A stretch of DNA of 64,000 nt from an uncultured bacterium (GTDB lineage: Bacteria; Patescibacteriota; Minisyncoccia; UBA6257; 2-01-FULL-56-20): positions 518,715-582,714 of the forward strand of contig CAVYIK010000003.1 in NCBI GenBank assembly GCA_963768625.1. Direction: 5' to 3'. The translations under genes and the position numbers were made by a program. Below the pieces are notes generated by a model. It did not search any database. It saw nothing but the letters and a program-made list of their open reading frames with translations, and was not told the DNA's origin. Below are positions 54,898-64,000 of the stretch, piece after piece. Position 1 is the first letter of the stretch. Each line of letters starts with the position of its first letter.

Positions 54898-57201
54898 ATG
54901 CGAAATATTTTTTGGTTTTGCGCCGCGAGCGTCATCGCGCTGCTCTTTTTGGCCGCCCCAAGAGCTCATGCGATGGAGCTCTATTCGAGCAGCACGCTCT
55001 CAATGAGCAATGACATCACGGGCCAAGACTCTTGCTATAAGTGGCCGGGCGCGGGAGCAATTCCTACATATGCCGACCTGGGATATATCAACGGGAATGG
55101 CGCAGACGTTTCGGCTACGTTCGATTCGGTTGGCGTGGAATATAACGGTGGCTATTTCATGATCCGTGTTTTTTCAAGTTCCGATTATGCCACCTCTTCG
55201 CAGATCGCCATGCAAGAAACTTCAGATTTGTATACCTCCTATCGAACAGGCGGGACCAACATAACGCGTGGCTTGGGGATCTTGCCGTCCGGATATTACC
55301 GCGCTAGTTTGCGTGTTGAGTGCAGCCCCGCGCTGTCTTTCATTTCTTTCACGGGACTCACGCTTTCTGCGTTGCCTAACGAACCGGTCGTCGTTGTGCC
55401 GGGGATCATGGGATCAGTATTGCGCCGCGCGTCGGACGGCGCCGAGGTATGGCCGAACGTGCAGGCCATGGCCGTTTCTTTTTCGGACGATTATCTGGAC
55501 GATCTGGCGCTCGATCCGAATCTGATACCGTCGGACATCCTTCGCGAGGCAAGCGGATCCCTGAACATCGCCCCTTTCATCAATATTGATTTCGGAAAAA
55601 CCTTTTACGGGACCCTCATCAACGCATTGGAGCAGGACGGCTACGAAGAAGGAAAGAACTTATTCGTGGCCCCTTATGATTGGCGGCTTGATGTCGGTGC
55701 GGCAACGAACGCGCTTGCATCAAAGATCGCGGCGGCCGTCGCTGTATCCCCGAACGGCAAGATAGACATTATCGCCCACAGCATGGGAGGTCTGCTTGTA
55801 AAGAAATATCTCGCCGGAGCAACCGACACTTCTTTTCTTGATGCGCTGATCCTTGCGGGCGTGCCCCAACTCGGTGCGCCGAAGGCTTTCAAGATCTTGC
55901 AATATGGCGATAACCTCGGCATCAACTTCGGCCCGTTTGACGTGCTCAATCCCGACGAGATTAAAAAGGTCGCGCAGAGTATGGCGTCCGTCTACGAGCT
56001 CCTGCCGAGCAGGAAATATATAGAGGTGAGCGGCGGCTATGTGCAGGATTTCAGGAACGGCGCGAGCGAGGTGCTTGGATACGACGAGACGCAGCCGTTT
56101 TTTACGAACACCACCCTTACGGGCGCGGCGGATCTTTTCCATCAGGGTCTTGACGCACAGGCCGTGCATGCTTCGCGCGTGTATAACATTGTCGGCTGCC
56201 TCAATCCGACGGTCACCGGGTTTGACCTTTATGATAACGGCGGCGTGGATATTGAGCGCGGCAACGGGGACGGAACCGTTCCCGTCACGAGCGCCATGAA
56301 TTTGACTGAGGGGTTCAGCGACTATTTTGTCCTTGGAGATGAGACTGGCATTGACCATATGGGACTCGTGAGCGACGCGCGTACGCTCACGCTCGTGCGG
56401 GATATTCTTGACGGCGCGTCCACGACCACCCTGCCCTCGGGGATATCCACTTCGCTCGCCGACTGCATGACGCCCGGCGCTTCGCCTGCGGAGACTATGG
56501 TTGATTTCAGCGTCCATGGTTCTGCCGCGCTTAATGTTTACGACGCCGCGGGCCGCCATACGGGACCGCTTCCGACGGGGGACATAGAGCTTGGCATCCC
56601 CGGGAGCCAATATGAAAAGATCGGCGACAATACCTTCGTGCTGGTCTCCGCGACAAGCACATATAAAGTGCTAGTGCAGGGGACCGTCTCTAGCACCGCT
56701 TCAAGCACGGCCACCATTAAGGTGAAGGAATATAAAGGAAGTACGAAGAGCAAGCAAGTGAATTACCCTTCGGTTTCTCTTGTGAGTGCGAGTGCGACGG
56801 CGGAACTGGACTTTACCGGGCCGGGAAACGATACGGGGCTTACGATTGACGAGAACGGCGATGGTACTTCCGACACTACGAGCCAGCCGATTATCGCAGA
56901 CGACGTCGTTCCTTCCGATATCATATTGCCCGTGATTCCTGCCATCGTGGTGCAATACAGTACGACGACGATAGTTTTTAGTGCCTCCGATTCCAGCTCC
57001 GGCATCGCTACAGTCACGGCGATGCTCAACGGCATGGCGGTGACGAATGGAGAGACGGTTACGTTCGACCATCTTGGCGTGAACGTTTTCGTGATCACCG
57101 CGATCGATCGGGCGGGGAATCAAAGGACGGAGGAAATTGATTTCACGGTAGTCGCGCCAGGCGCGGGCGGCGGCAGCGCCGGCGGCGAAAGTTGCCATTG
57201 A
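54898..57201 (+). CDS. secreted alpha/beta-hydrolase lipase/esterase (LCAT/PGAP1-like) with a long beta-rich C-terminal region
   Basis: Signal peptide ending AHA. VVVPGIMGS and the nucleophile elbow IIAHSMGGL (GxSxG). Late GDGTVP (Asp) and a DH motif. Confidence 0.7.
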   Translation: MRNIFWFCAASVIALLFLAAPRAHAMELYSSSTLSMSNDITGQDSCYKWPGAGAIPTYADLGYINGNGADVSATFDSVGVEYNGGYFMIRVFSSSDYATSSQIAMQETSDLYTSYRTGGTNITRGLGILPSGYYRASLRVECSPALSFISFTGLTLSALPNEPVVVVPGIMGSVLRRASDGAEVWPNVQAMAVSFSDDYLDDLALDPNLIPSDILREASGSLNIAPFINIDFGKTFYGTLINALEQDGYEEGKNLFVAPYDWRLDVGAATNALASKIAAAVAVSPNGKIDIIAHSMGGLLVKKYLAGATDTSFLDALILAGVPQLGAPKAFKILQYGDNLGINFGPFDVLNPDEIKKVAQSMASVYELLPSRKYIEVSGGYVQDFRNGASEVLGYDETQPFFTNTTLTGAADLFHQGLDAQAVHASRVYNIVGCLNPTVTGFDLYDNGGVDIERGNGDGTVPVTSAMNLTEGFSDYFVLGDETGIDHMGLVSDARTLTLVRDILDGASTTTLPSGISTSLADCMTPGASPAETMVDFSVHGSAALNVYDAAGRHTGPLPTGDIELGIPGSQYEKIGDNTFVLVSATSTYKVLVQGTVSSTASSTATIKVKEYKGSTKSKQVNYPSVSLVSASATAELDFTGPGNDTGLTIDENGDGTSDTTSQPIIADDVVPSDIILPVIPAIVVQYSTTTIVFSASDSSSGIATVTAMLNGMAVTNGETVTFDHLGVNVFVITAIDRAGNQRTEEIDFTVVAPGAGGGSAGGESCH

Positions 57202-57218
57202 GGTATAGTATTAAAGAG

Positions 57219-57512
57219 ATGAAGAAATATCTGATGGAAGTTCTTGTCGGCATTGGGACCGGGCTCGTTCTCTTTTTTGGGCCGTATCTCGCGACGGCAT
57301 CGTTTGGGTTCTGGTTCCAAAACGGCGCGGCGCTCTGGCTTCCTTATTTCCTCGTAAGCACGCTGTGCTATGCGCTTATCGCGTTCGCAAGATATTTTTC
57401 CCGGCGGAGCACGCTCTCCCTCCCTTCGCTTTTCTTCTCATACCTCCTTTTTCTCATTGGCGTTTTTGTTGTGGAGCTCCTTTGCGCGCTGATGCTTGCA
57501 GCCGCTTTTTGA
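57219..57512 (+). CDS. small multi-TM membrane protein
   Basis: Hydrophobic 97-aa ORF. The ATG is preferred over the upstream TTG. Confidence 0.4.
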   Translation: MKKYLMEVLVGIGTGLVLFFGPYLATASFGFWFQNGAALWLPYFLVSTLCYALIAFARYFSRRSTLSLPSLFFSYLLFLIGVFVVELLCALMLAAAF

Positions 57513-57516
57513 CGTC

Positions 57517-58262
57517 ATGATTGAACCAATCACCGTCTATCAGGATTCCCATCTCCTTGTCGTGAACAAGCCGGCGGGGCTTGTGGTGCACGCGGCGCGC
57601 GTACATGGTGCCCGGCGCGAAGAGGGAACGACGCTCGCCGATCAGCTTCTTGCAAAATATCCGGAACTGGCGAGTGTCGGCGATGACCCCGAAACGCGGC
57701 CCGGCATTGTACATCGGCTGGATAAGGAAACCTCCGGGCGTAATGATCGTGGCGCGGGACCAGAAAACCTTTGAATATTTGAAGTAGCTCTTTCAAAAAC
57801 ATGAGATAAAAAGACCTATCTTGCGTTGGTTGTGGGGCAACCGAGGGAGGAAGGCGGGGCGATGATTGACGCGCCGATCGGCATCCGGAACGGGACGATG
57901 AAGCGGAGCGTGCATTCGAGAAGATGGCGAAGCCGGCAGTGACCGAGTATCGAGTGATGAAAACTTTCTTCGCCGATCGGCGGCGAAGACGGGCAAGGTA
58001 TCCCTCGTTGAGGTGCATCCGAAGACGGGACGGACGCATCAGATTCGCGTGCACTTCGCAAGCATCGGCCATCCGGTGCTCGGGCGACCGCCTGTACGGG
58101 CCGAAGGCGCAGCCCGTGTGGGCGAAACGAATGATGTTCCACGCCCTTTCCCTTGAATTCACCGCCGTGGACGGCAAGCGGATGAGAGTTGAGGCCGACC
58201 CGCCCGCGGATTTTAGTTATCCACATAGGTTTTCCGGCCCTTCACCCCGCATGGTACAATGA
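57517..58262 (+). CDS. RluA-family pseudouridine synthase, about three frameshifts
   Basis: [13 protein letters not shown] and HRLDKETSG (catalytic Asp motif) in the first frame. GRTHQIRVH is read in another frame (about 58030-58056). Confidence 0.8.
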
Positions 58263-58301
58263 TTCCATAGCACAAAAGGTCGGTTTATCTACGATTATTA
58301 A

Positions 58302-58937
58302 ATGAAAAACAGAAATCGCAGAGGTTTTACCCTCATTGAGTTGCTGGTCGTGATCGCGATCATTGCGGTCTTGGCGGTCGTCGTCATCTTGAGCTTGAAC
58401 CCGGCGGAACTCCTCCGGCAAGCGCGTGACTCGAACCGCATCTCCGACATGGGAACGATCAAGAGCTCCTTGGCGCTTTACCTTGCGGACCAGACGAGCC
58501 CCGTTTTGGCTTCGTCGACGGCCGGGTACAATTTCGCCTATCTCTCGACGTCAACGCCGGGATCAGAGGCGACAGGAAGTATTGGTTTTGCGACGTTAGG
58601 CAATCCGCCCGTCGCCGCAAGCACAACTATGAACCCTGTCGCGACCGCGGCGACCTTGCGCAACATCGATTCTACGGGATGGATTCCCGTGAGCTTCAAC
58701 CTTATCAGCGGTGGTTCGCCGATGCCGCAGCTTCCGGTCGACCCGGCTAATAACGGTACCTATTACTACGGCTACGTAGCGACAAGTTCGAGCGGGTTCA
58801 CCTACAAGATCACGATGCGTACAGAGAGCACGAAGTTCTCGAACGTAAACGGAGTGGCTGGTGGATCGGATGTTGAGGGCACCGACGGTGGCCTCTTCCC
58901 CTCGGTCTACGAGGCAGGGACGAACTTGAAACTCTAG
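58302..58937 (+). CDS. type IV pilin / pseudopilin
   Basis: RRGFTLIELLVVIAIIAVLA is the prepilin cleavage/methylation motif. Confidence 0.85.
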   Translation: MKNRNRRGFTLIELLVVIAIIAVLAVVVILSLNPAELLRQARDSNRISDMGTIKSSLALYLADQTSPVLASSTAGYNFAYLSTSTPGSEATGSIGFATLGNPPVAASTTMNPVATAATLRNIDSTGWIPVSFNLISGGSPMPQLPVDPANNGTYYYGYVATSSSGFTYKITMRTESTKFSNVNGVAGGSDVEGTDGGLFPSVYEAGTNLKL

Positions 58938-59011
58938 TAGCGGCAAGCACGAAAGATCCCAGAAACGCGCGGGCTCCTGCCTGCGCGTTTTGTTTCTGTT
59001 ATCATTATGTT

Positions 59012-60731
59012 ATGCGTCTCCCGCTGCCGCCGGACCAGATCAAAAAACTGCTTGTGAGCGAGGGCTTGATCACGGCCGAAAAATTCGACCAGCTTTTTGC
59101 GGAGGCAGAGCGGAAGAACCAGAGCATCCTCGACGTCATCGCGTCGGAACAGATCGCGGCGCGCGATTATCTGGACGATCTCGTCGCTCACGCATTGGGG
59201 GTCGCCCGGGTGGATTTCACGACGCACAAGATCCCCAGTGATCTCGTGCGGCTGATCCCGGAGGATGTGGCTCGCCAGCGCCAGGTGATCGTTTTTGGGA
59301 AGGAAGAGGACGGGACGTACGACATCGCCATGCTCGACCCGTCCGATCTTGAGACCATCGCTTTTTTGGGCCAGCGCCTTAAGGCAAAGGTGAAACCGTT
59401 CCTTGCGACGTCCGCGGATCTGAACCGCGGGTTCTCCGTCTATGGCTACGAGCTCGGGTTGGATTTCAAGAAGCTCATTGAAGATAACATCAAGGCGTCG
59501 CTGCTCACCCAATCAAAGAGCGTCGAAGAAGCGGCAAGCGAACTGCCGATCGTGGGTATCGTGGACAACATCCTTTCCTATGCGATGGCCTCCCGCGCCT
59601 CGGACATCCATATAGAGATCCTGGAGGACGCGATGTTCATCCGGTACCGTATTGACGGCATTCTCTACGAGATCATGAACGTTTCAAAGGCGATCCATCC
59701 CGCGATTGCCGCGCGCATCAAGCTGCTCGCGGGGCTCAAGATCGACGAGCACTTCAAGCCGCAGGACGGCCGTTTCCGCCATCAGGTCGGCAAGCAGGTC
59801 ATTGATGTGCGGACATCTGTCATCCCGACGTTCTACGGCGAAAAGGTGGAAATGCGTTTGCTCGAAGCATCCCAGAAGCCGCTTTCGCTTGAGGAATTGG
59901 GGATCACCGCGGAAGATACGAAGATCATAACGGACAACCTGAAAAAGACCTACGGCATGATTCTCTCCTGCGGACCGACCGGTTCCGGGAAGACGACGAC
60001 GCTCTATGCGCTCATGAACATTTTGAACAAGCCGCAGGTGAACGTGACGACGATGGAGGACCCGATCGAATACAACATGCGCTACGTGAACCAGACGCAG
60101 ATCAATCCGCAGGCGGGGATCACGTTCGCGTCGGGGCTCCGCGCGCTCCTCCGGCAGGACCCGAATATTATCATGGTCGGTGAGATCCGGGACGCGGAGA
60201 CGGCCGAGATTTCGGTGCAGGCGGCGTTGACCGGCCACCTTCTTGCTTTCTTCGCTCCACACGAACGATGCGCCGACCGCCATTCCGCGCCTGTTCGATC
60301 TGAAGGTGCCCCCCTTCCTCGCGGTTTCCGTTCTTAACCTCATCATCGCCCAGCGCCTTGTGCGGCGGGTCTGCCAGTCATGTCTTTTATTCCTATTCCG
60401 CTGACGCTGACGTCGTCGCGACCGTAGAGACGCAACTCAAGGATCTTGGCGTGAAAGAAGAAGCCGTGCGGGCGCCGAGGATACTCTATCGCGGGAAGGG
60501 GTGCACTGCTTGCGGCATGACGGGATACCGCGGCCGTCTTGGGCATCTATGAATTGCTCCAGATCACCGAAGGGGTAAAAAGGGTGATGATGCAGGAGAA
60601 TTTTAACCTGGAGGCGTTGCGCTCGGCGGCAAGGAAGGAAGGGATGAAGACGATGTTTGAAGACGGGCATTTTGAAAGTGGAACTTGCGCAGACGACGCT
60701 CGAAGAAGTGCTCAGGGTGATCCGGGAATAG
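59012..60731 (+). CDS. pilB: type IV pilus / type II secretion assembly ATPase (PilB/GspE), at least two frameshifts
   Basis: GPTGSGKTTT Walker A, VGEIRD, then LNLIIAQRLVRR and the tetracysteine GKGCTACGMTGYRGR in shifted frames. Hand-read end ...EEVLRVIRE. Confidence 0.85.
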
Positions 60732-60746
60732 TGGTACAATAAAGCT

Positions 60747-61956
60747 ATGCTTTACCACTATATTGCAGTGGACCAGTCGGGGAGGAATCGTGGAATGCCG
60801 ATTTTGAGGCGGAGGCTCTGAACGACGTCCTGCGTTACCTTTCAGGCAAGGAGCTCCGCCCGATCTCCGTGAAAGCGATCAAGAAAGGGGGATTCAAGGT
60901 GCCGAAATTTTGGGGAGGCATCAATACGTCGGACAAGGTGTTCCTCACGAAATATCTGGCGCTCATGCTGCGCGTGGGCACTGATCTCCTCTCCGCAATA
61001 AATATTTTGATCGCCGACTTCGACAAGCCCGCCGTGAGGGATTTTCTCCTTGAAGTCCACGACAACTTGAGCCGCGGCCAGCCGTTCTGGCAGGCATTCG
61101 CGAAGCATCCGGAGACTTTTTCGCCGACGTTCGTGAGTCTGGTGAAGGCAGCCGAGGAATCCGGCAATCTTGAGAAGACATTTGAGGACCTTTCTGTATC
61201 GCTCGAGAGCGAGGCGGAGCTCCGGTCGCAGCATCCGCTCGGCGCTCATCTATCCCGTCGTCGTCATGCTGCATGGCCTCGGCATACTCACATTCCTCGT
61301 GACCTTCGCCCTGCCGAAGCTCGCCAGCGTTTTTAACAATAGCGGCGTCAACCCTCCGCTCTTTTCCGCGATCGTTTTTACCGTCGGGCTCTTCATCGGC
61401 AACAATATCGTCCTTCTCTTCGTGCTTTTCTTTGGGATCATCGGCGGGGTCTTCTGGCTGGTCTACAAAACGGAGACGGGAAAGCGGCTTTTCAACCGAG
61501 TCCTTTCGAACCTGCCGGTCATTCGGAAGGTCTATAGCGATCTCGCCGTCCAGCGGATGGCTTCGACCATCAGTTCGCTCATGAAGGCGGGGCTGCCGAT
61601 CGTGGATACGATTACGATCGCGGCTGATACGGTAGGCAATCGTGATTTTCAGTACGCTCTCCTGCGCGTCGCGAACGAAGGCCTTGCGAAAGGGCTTACG
61701 ATCGGCGAGTCGTTCCGCCGCGAGGCGGTTTTCCCCAAGTCGGTCGACCAACCTCGTCGCAATCTCCGAAAAAGCGGGGCACCTCGAAGAAGTGCTCGGC
61801 ACACTCGCCGATTTTTACAGCGCGAACCTCGATTCCAATATCAAAGCACTTGTCTCGCTCCTGGAGCCGCTCCTTTTGCTCGGCATGGGTGTGATCGTCG
61901 CGGTCATCGCGCTCTCTATCATCGTCCCGATCTATCAGATCACGAGTTCGTTCTAG
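60747..61956 (+). CDS. pilC: type IV pilus platform protein PilC/GspF, at least three frameshifts
   Basis: Two T2SSF-type repeats spread over ORFs 60869, 61170 and 61642: LALMLRVGTDLLSAI..., MLHGLGILTFLVTFALPKL, LLEPLLLLGMGVIVAVIALSIIVPIYQI. Confidence 0.85.
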
Positions 61957-61958
61957 TC

Positions 61959-62423
61959 ATGAGAAAGGGATTCACGCTGGTAGAAATAGTGGTCGTGCTC
62001 GCGATTATGGCGATCCTTGCGACAGTCGTTTCCCTCAATCTTTACGGCAACCGGGGGAAGACCGACCTGAATAACACGACAAAGCAGATTGCAGCGCTTC
62101 TCCGGGAGGCCCAGGGCAACGCTATGGCGCAAGAGCAGGGGGTATCGTGGGGGGTGCATTTTGCGAATGCTACGAATACGGCTCCGTTCTATGCCTTTAT
62201 GGCCTCTTCTACCTATAGTACCGCCACGGTCGTCGGCTATTATCGCTTGCCGCCTTCCATTAGCTATCTCACCTCAACGCTTGCTTCCGGTGCCGCGCTC
62301 GACGTCACCTTTTCCCCGATTACCGGCGCGGCGTCGGCGTCAACGAGTATAGGCCTCTTTGCGGTCGGACAGGCGTTGTCGTCCACGATCCGGATTTCTT
62401 CCTCGGGAGCCACGAGTTATTGA
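61959..62423 (+). CDS. pseudopilin (prepilin-type N-terminal domain)
   Basis: MRKGFTLVEIVVVLAIMAIL. Confidence 0.75.
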   Translation: MRKGFTLVEIVVVLAIMAILATVVSLNLYGNRGKTDLNNTTKQIAALLREAQGNAMAQEQGVSWGVHFANATNTAPFYAFMASSTYSTATVVGYYRLPPSISYLTSTLASGAALDVTFSPITGAASASTSIGLFAVGQALSSTIRISSSGATSY

Positions 62424-62439
62424 GCCAGAATCTGTTAGA

Positions 62440-63759
62440 ATGAAGAGTATGGAGCTTGGTAGGCGCGAAGCGCAATCTCTTGTGGAGGTTTTGATCGGGA
62501 TCGCCCTGGGGGCGCTCCTTATCGTCGCCGGCGCGACGCTCATTGTTCCGGCGCTCCGGACGAACCAGCAGGTGAGCAATATCCAGGCCCAGACCGAATT
62601 GGCAAAAGAGCTTTCGGATAACGTAAAAGCATGGGCTGGCGGGAATTGGAACAACATCCTTTCGGTCGCGACCGGTTCCGCGCATGCTTATTACCTCTTC
62701 GCGACCTCATCTCCTTTCGCGGCGACCTCCGGGATCGAGACGGTCGTCCTTGGGAGCACATCCTATAACCGCTATTTCTACGTGAACGATATGTATCGCG
62801 ATGGGAGCGGGAACGCGACCTCTTCAACCGCCGTAGGCAATTCTTATGACCCGTCCACGAAACAGGTCGTCGCGGTGACCCGCGTTGTCTCCTCGACCAA
62901 TGCCGCCACCACCACTTTTATGATGTATCTCACGCGCAACGCGAACAGCGGCGTTGACCAGACAGATTGGTCGGGTGGGTCGGGGGCGGGTGGGCCGGCG
63001 ACACTCGTCGGCAACCAATTCGCGTCGTCTACGAGTAATGTTGTCTATAACAGTCCGGCAGGGTCTTTGACGCTTCAGCCGAGCTACGGCCTACGGGCGA
63101 CATCCCCGCCGTTCGTCCAAGAAACTATGATTTCGGATGACTCGGACGCTCCCTCATCCTCCGCTGTTTTTTCCCTCAACAATACCGCCGGGGATCTCGT
63201 CGTTTTAGCATTGGCTTGGAATAATAACGTTGTGACGTTACCGACCATTAACGACGCCAAGGGCAATGCTTACTCATGGGCGACCACGGGACAGTCCTAC
63301 GCAGGCGGAACGGTTTATATCGCGATTTCCTATGCGCCGAACATCAAGGCGGGCGCGAATGCCGTTACGGTGAATTGGGCAGCCAGTGCCACACATAAAC
63401 ATCTTGCTGCTATAGAATATTCGGGAGTTACTGCGGTGGCGACGAGCGCTCTTGACGTTGCTGCGTACAATGCCCAACCAAGCGCTCCTCCCGACAATGG
63501 CGTGGATGGCATAACTAGCGGCAACATCGCGACTGCTTCCTCAAGTGATTTGATTTTTGCCGTGACCGTGCGGACCGACGACGGGAGTCCAACGATCTCG
63601 GCGGGCACGGCTTTCACGCCGCGGTTACTTGCGCAAGTGAATAGTCTTATGGTGGAGGATTTGGTGCAAGCAAGCGCAGGGTCCATAGCGGGGACCTTTA
63701 CGTATTCCACGAGCCAGCAGGCGCTGACCGCAGTGGCGGCGTTCAGGCCTGTTCCATGA
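62440..63759 (+). CDS. large minor-pilin-like protein with an unknown C-terminal domain
   Basis: EAQSLVEVLIGIALGALLIV is a degenerate pilin-like N-terminus. 439 aa. Confidence 0.55.
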   Translation: MKSMELGRREAQSLVEVLIGIALGALLIVAGATLIVPALRTNQQVSNIQAQTELAKELSDNVKAWAGGNWNNILSVATGSAHAYYLFATSSPFAATSGIETVVLGSTSYNRYFYVNDMYRDGSGNATSSTAVGNSYDPSTKQVVAVTRVVSSTNAATTTFMMYLTRNANSGVDQTDWSGGSGAGGPATLVGNQFASSTSNVVYNSPAGSLTLQPSYGLRATSPPFVQETMISDDSDAPSSSAVFSLNNTAGDLVVLALAWNNNVVTLPTINDAKGNAYSWATTGQSYAGGTVYIAISYAPNIKAGANAVTVNWAASATHKHLAAIEYSGVTAVATSALDVAAYNAQPSAPPDNGVDGITSGNIATASSSDLIFAVTVRTDDGSPTISAGTAFTPRLLAQVNSLMVEDLVQASAGSIAGTFTYSTSQQALTAVAAFRPVP

Positions 63760-64000
63760 TGAATATGAAAAAGACACCTCTTATCCTTTGGGGAGCGATG
63801 GCGATTAGTATAGGAATGATCGGGAGTGGTCTTTTTGTTTCTCACGCAGAGGCGGCGGTGGCATACGTACAGGGGAAAGGGGTAACCAGTGCCAACTGTG
63901 GTGGGGCCTCAGAAGTAACCTCATCAACTTTTACTTCTGGAAACACCGCACACAATCTGATCGTGCTGGCCTTTGTATATGGGGGGCAGCCTGCGGCAAA
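63756..64000 (+). CDS. secreted protein, 3'-truncated by the window edge; paralogous to the C-terminal domain of the preceding gene
   Basis: Hand translation: MMNMKKTPLILWGAMAISIGMIGSGLFVSHAEA (signal), then ...FTSGNTAHNLIVLAFVYGG. Compare NNTAGDLVVLALAWNN in 62440..63759. No stop before the window end. Confidence 0.45.
   Translation, partial: MMNMKKTPLILWGAMAISIGMIGSGLFVSHAEAAVAYVQGKGVTSANCGGASEVTSSTFTSGNTAHNLIVLAFVYGGQPAA

Overview
High-GC (hand-counted about 58% or more on sampled lines) bacterial chromosome segment. The gene content suggests a small-genome, probably uncultivated bacterium, possibly CPR/Patescibacteria-like; that assignment is inference only. Blocks in order: (1) 1-13.7 kb, a cell-surface glycan cluster with heptose-nucleotide-type enzymes, five glycosyltransferases/sugar transferases, a Wzx flippase and an unusual mini E1 alpha/beta TPP pair. 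(2) 14.4-20.3 kb, redox and chaperone genes: DsbA-like, glutaredoxin-like, trxB, CIRCE-groES-groEL, lemA, htpX. (3) 23.4-27.5 kb, an ApbE / FMN-binding / membrane-FNR flavinylation cluster plus an S53 peptidase. (4) 27.5-35.9 kb, gyrB, secE-nusG-rpsR, pyrD, cydAB. (5) 35.9-41.2 kb, a 5.3-kb compositionally foreign island at the 3' end of tRNA-Ser(GCT). It carries an AT-rich 907-aa GHKL-ATPase/ClpP-like(SDH) protease fusion bracketed by about 270-280-bp inverted repeats. Next to it is a large serine recombinase bracketed by 88-bp inverted repeats. This island is the most interesting locus in the window. (6) 41.4-52.9 kb, infB, rbfA, a tRNA-flanked mini-island, parAB, rel, topA, dprA. (7) 53-64 kb, tRNAs, a secreted lipase-like protein and a type IV pilus/competence cluster. 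Seven tRNAs were called by hand. Four homologous long perfect hairpins share a conserved apical loop. Many conserved genes (groEL, topA, infB, trxB, parAB, rel, pilBC and others) carry single-base frameshifts that cluster in patches. These are most likely assembly indels. All calls rest on manual reading of the ORF track and sequence; no database search was possible.
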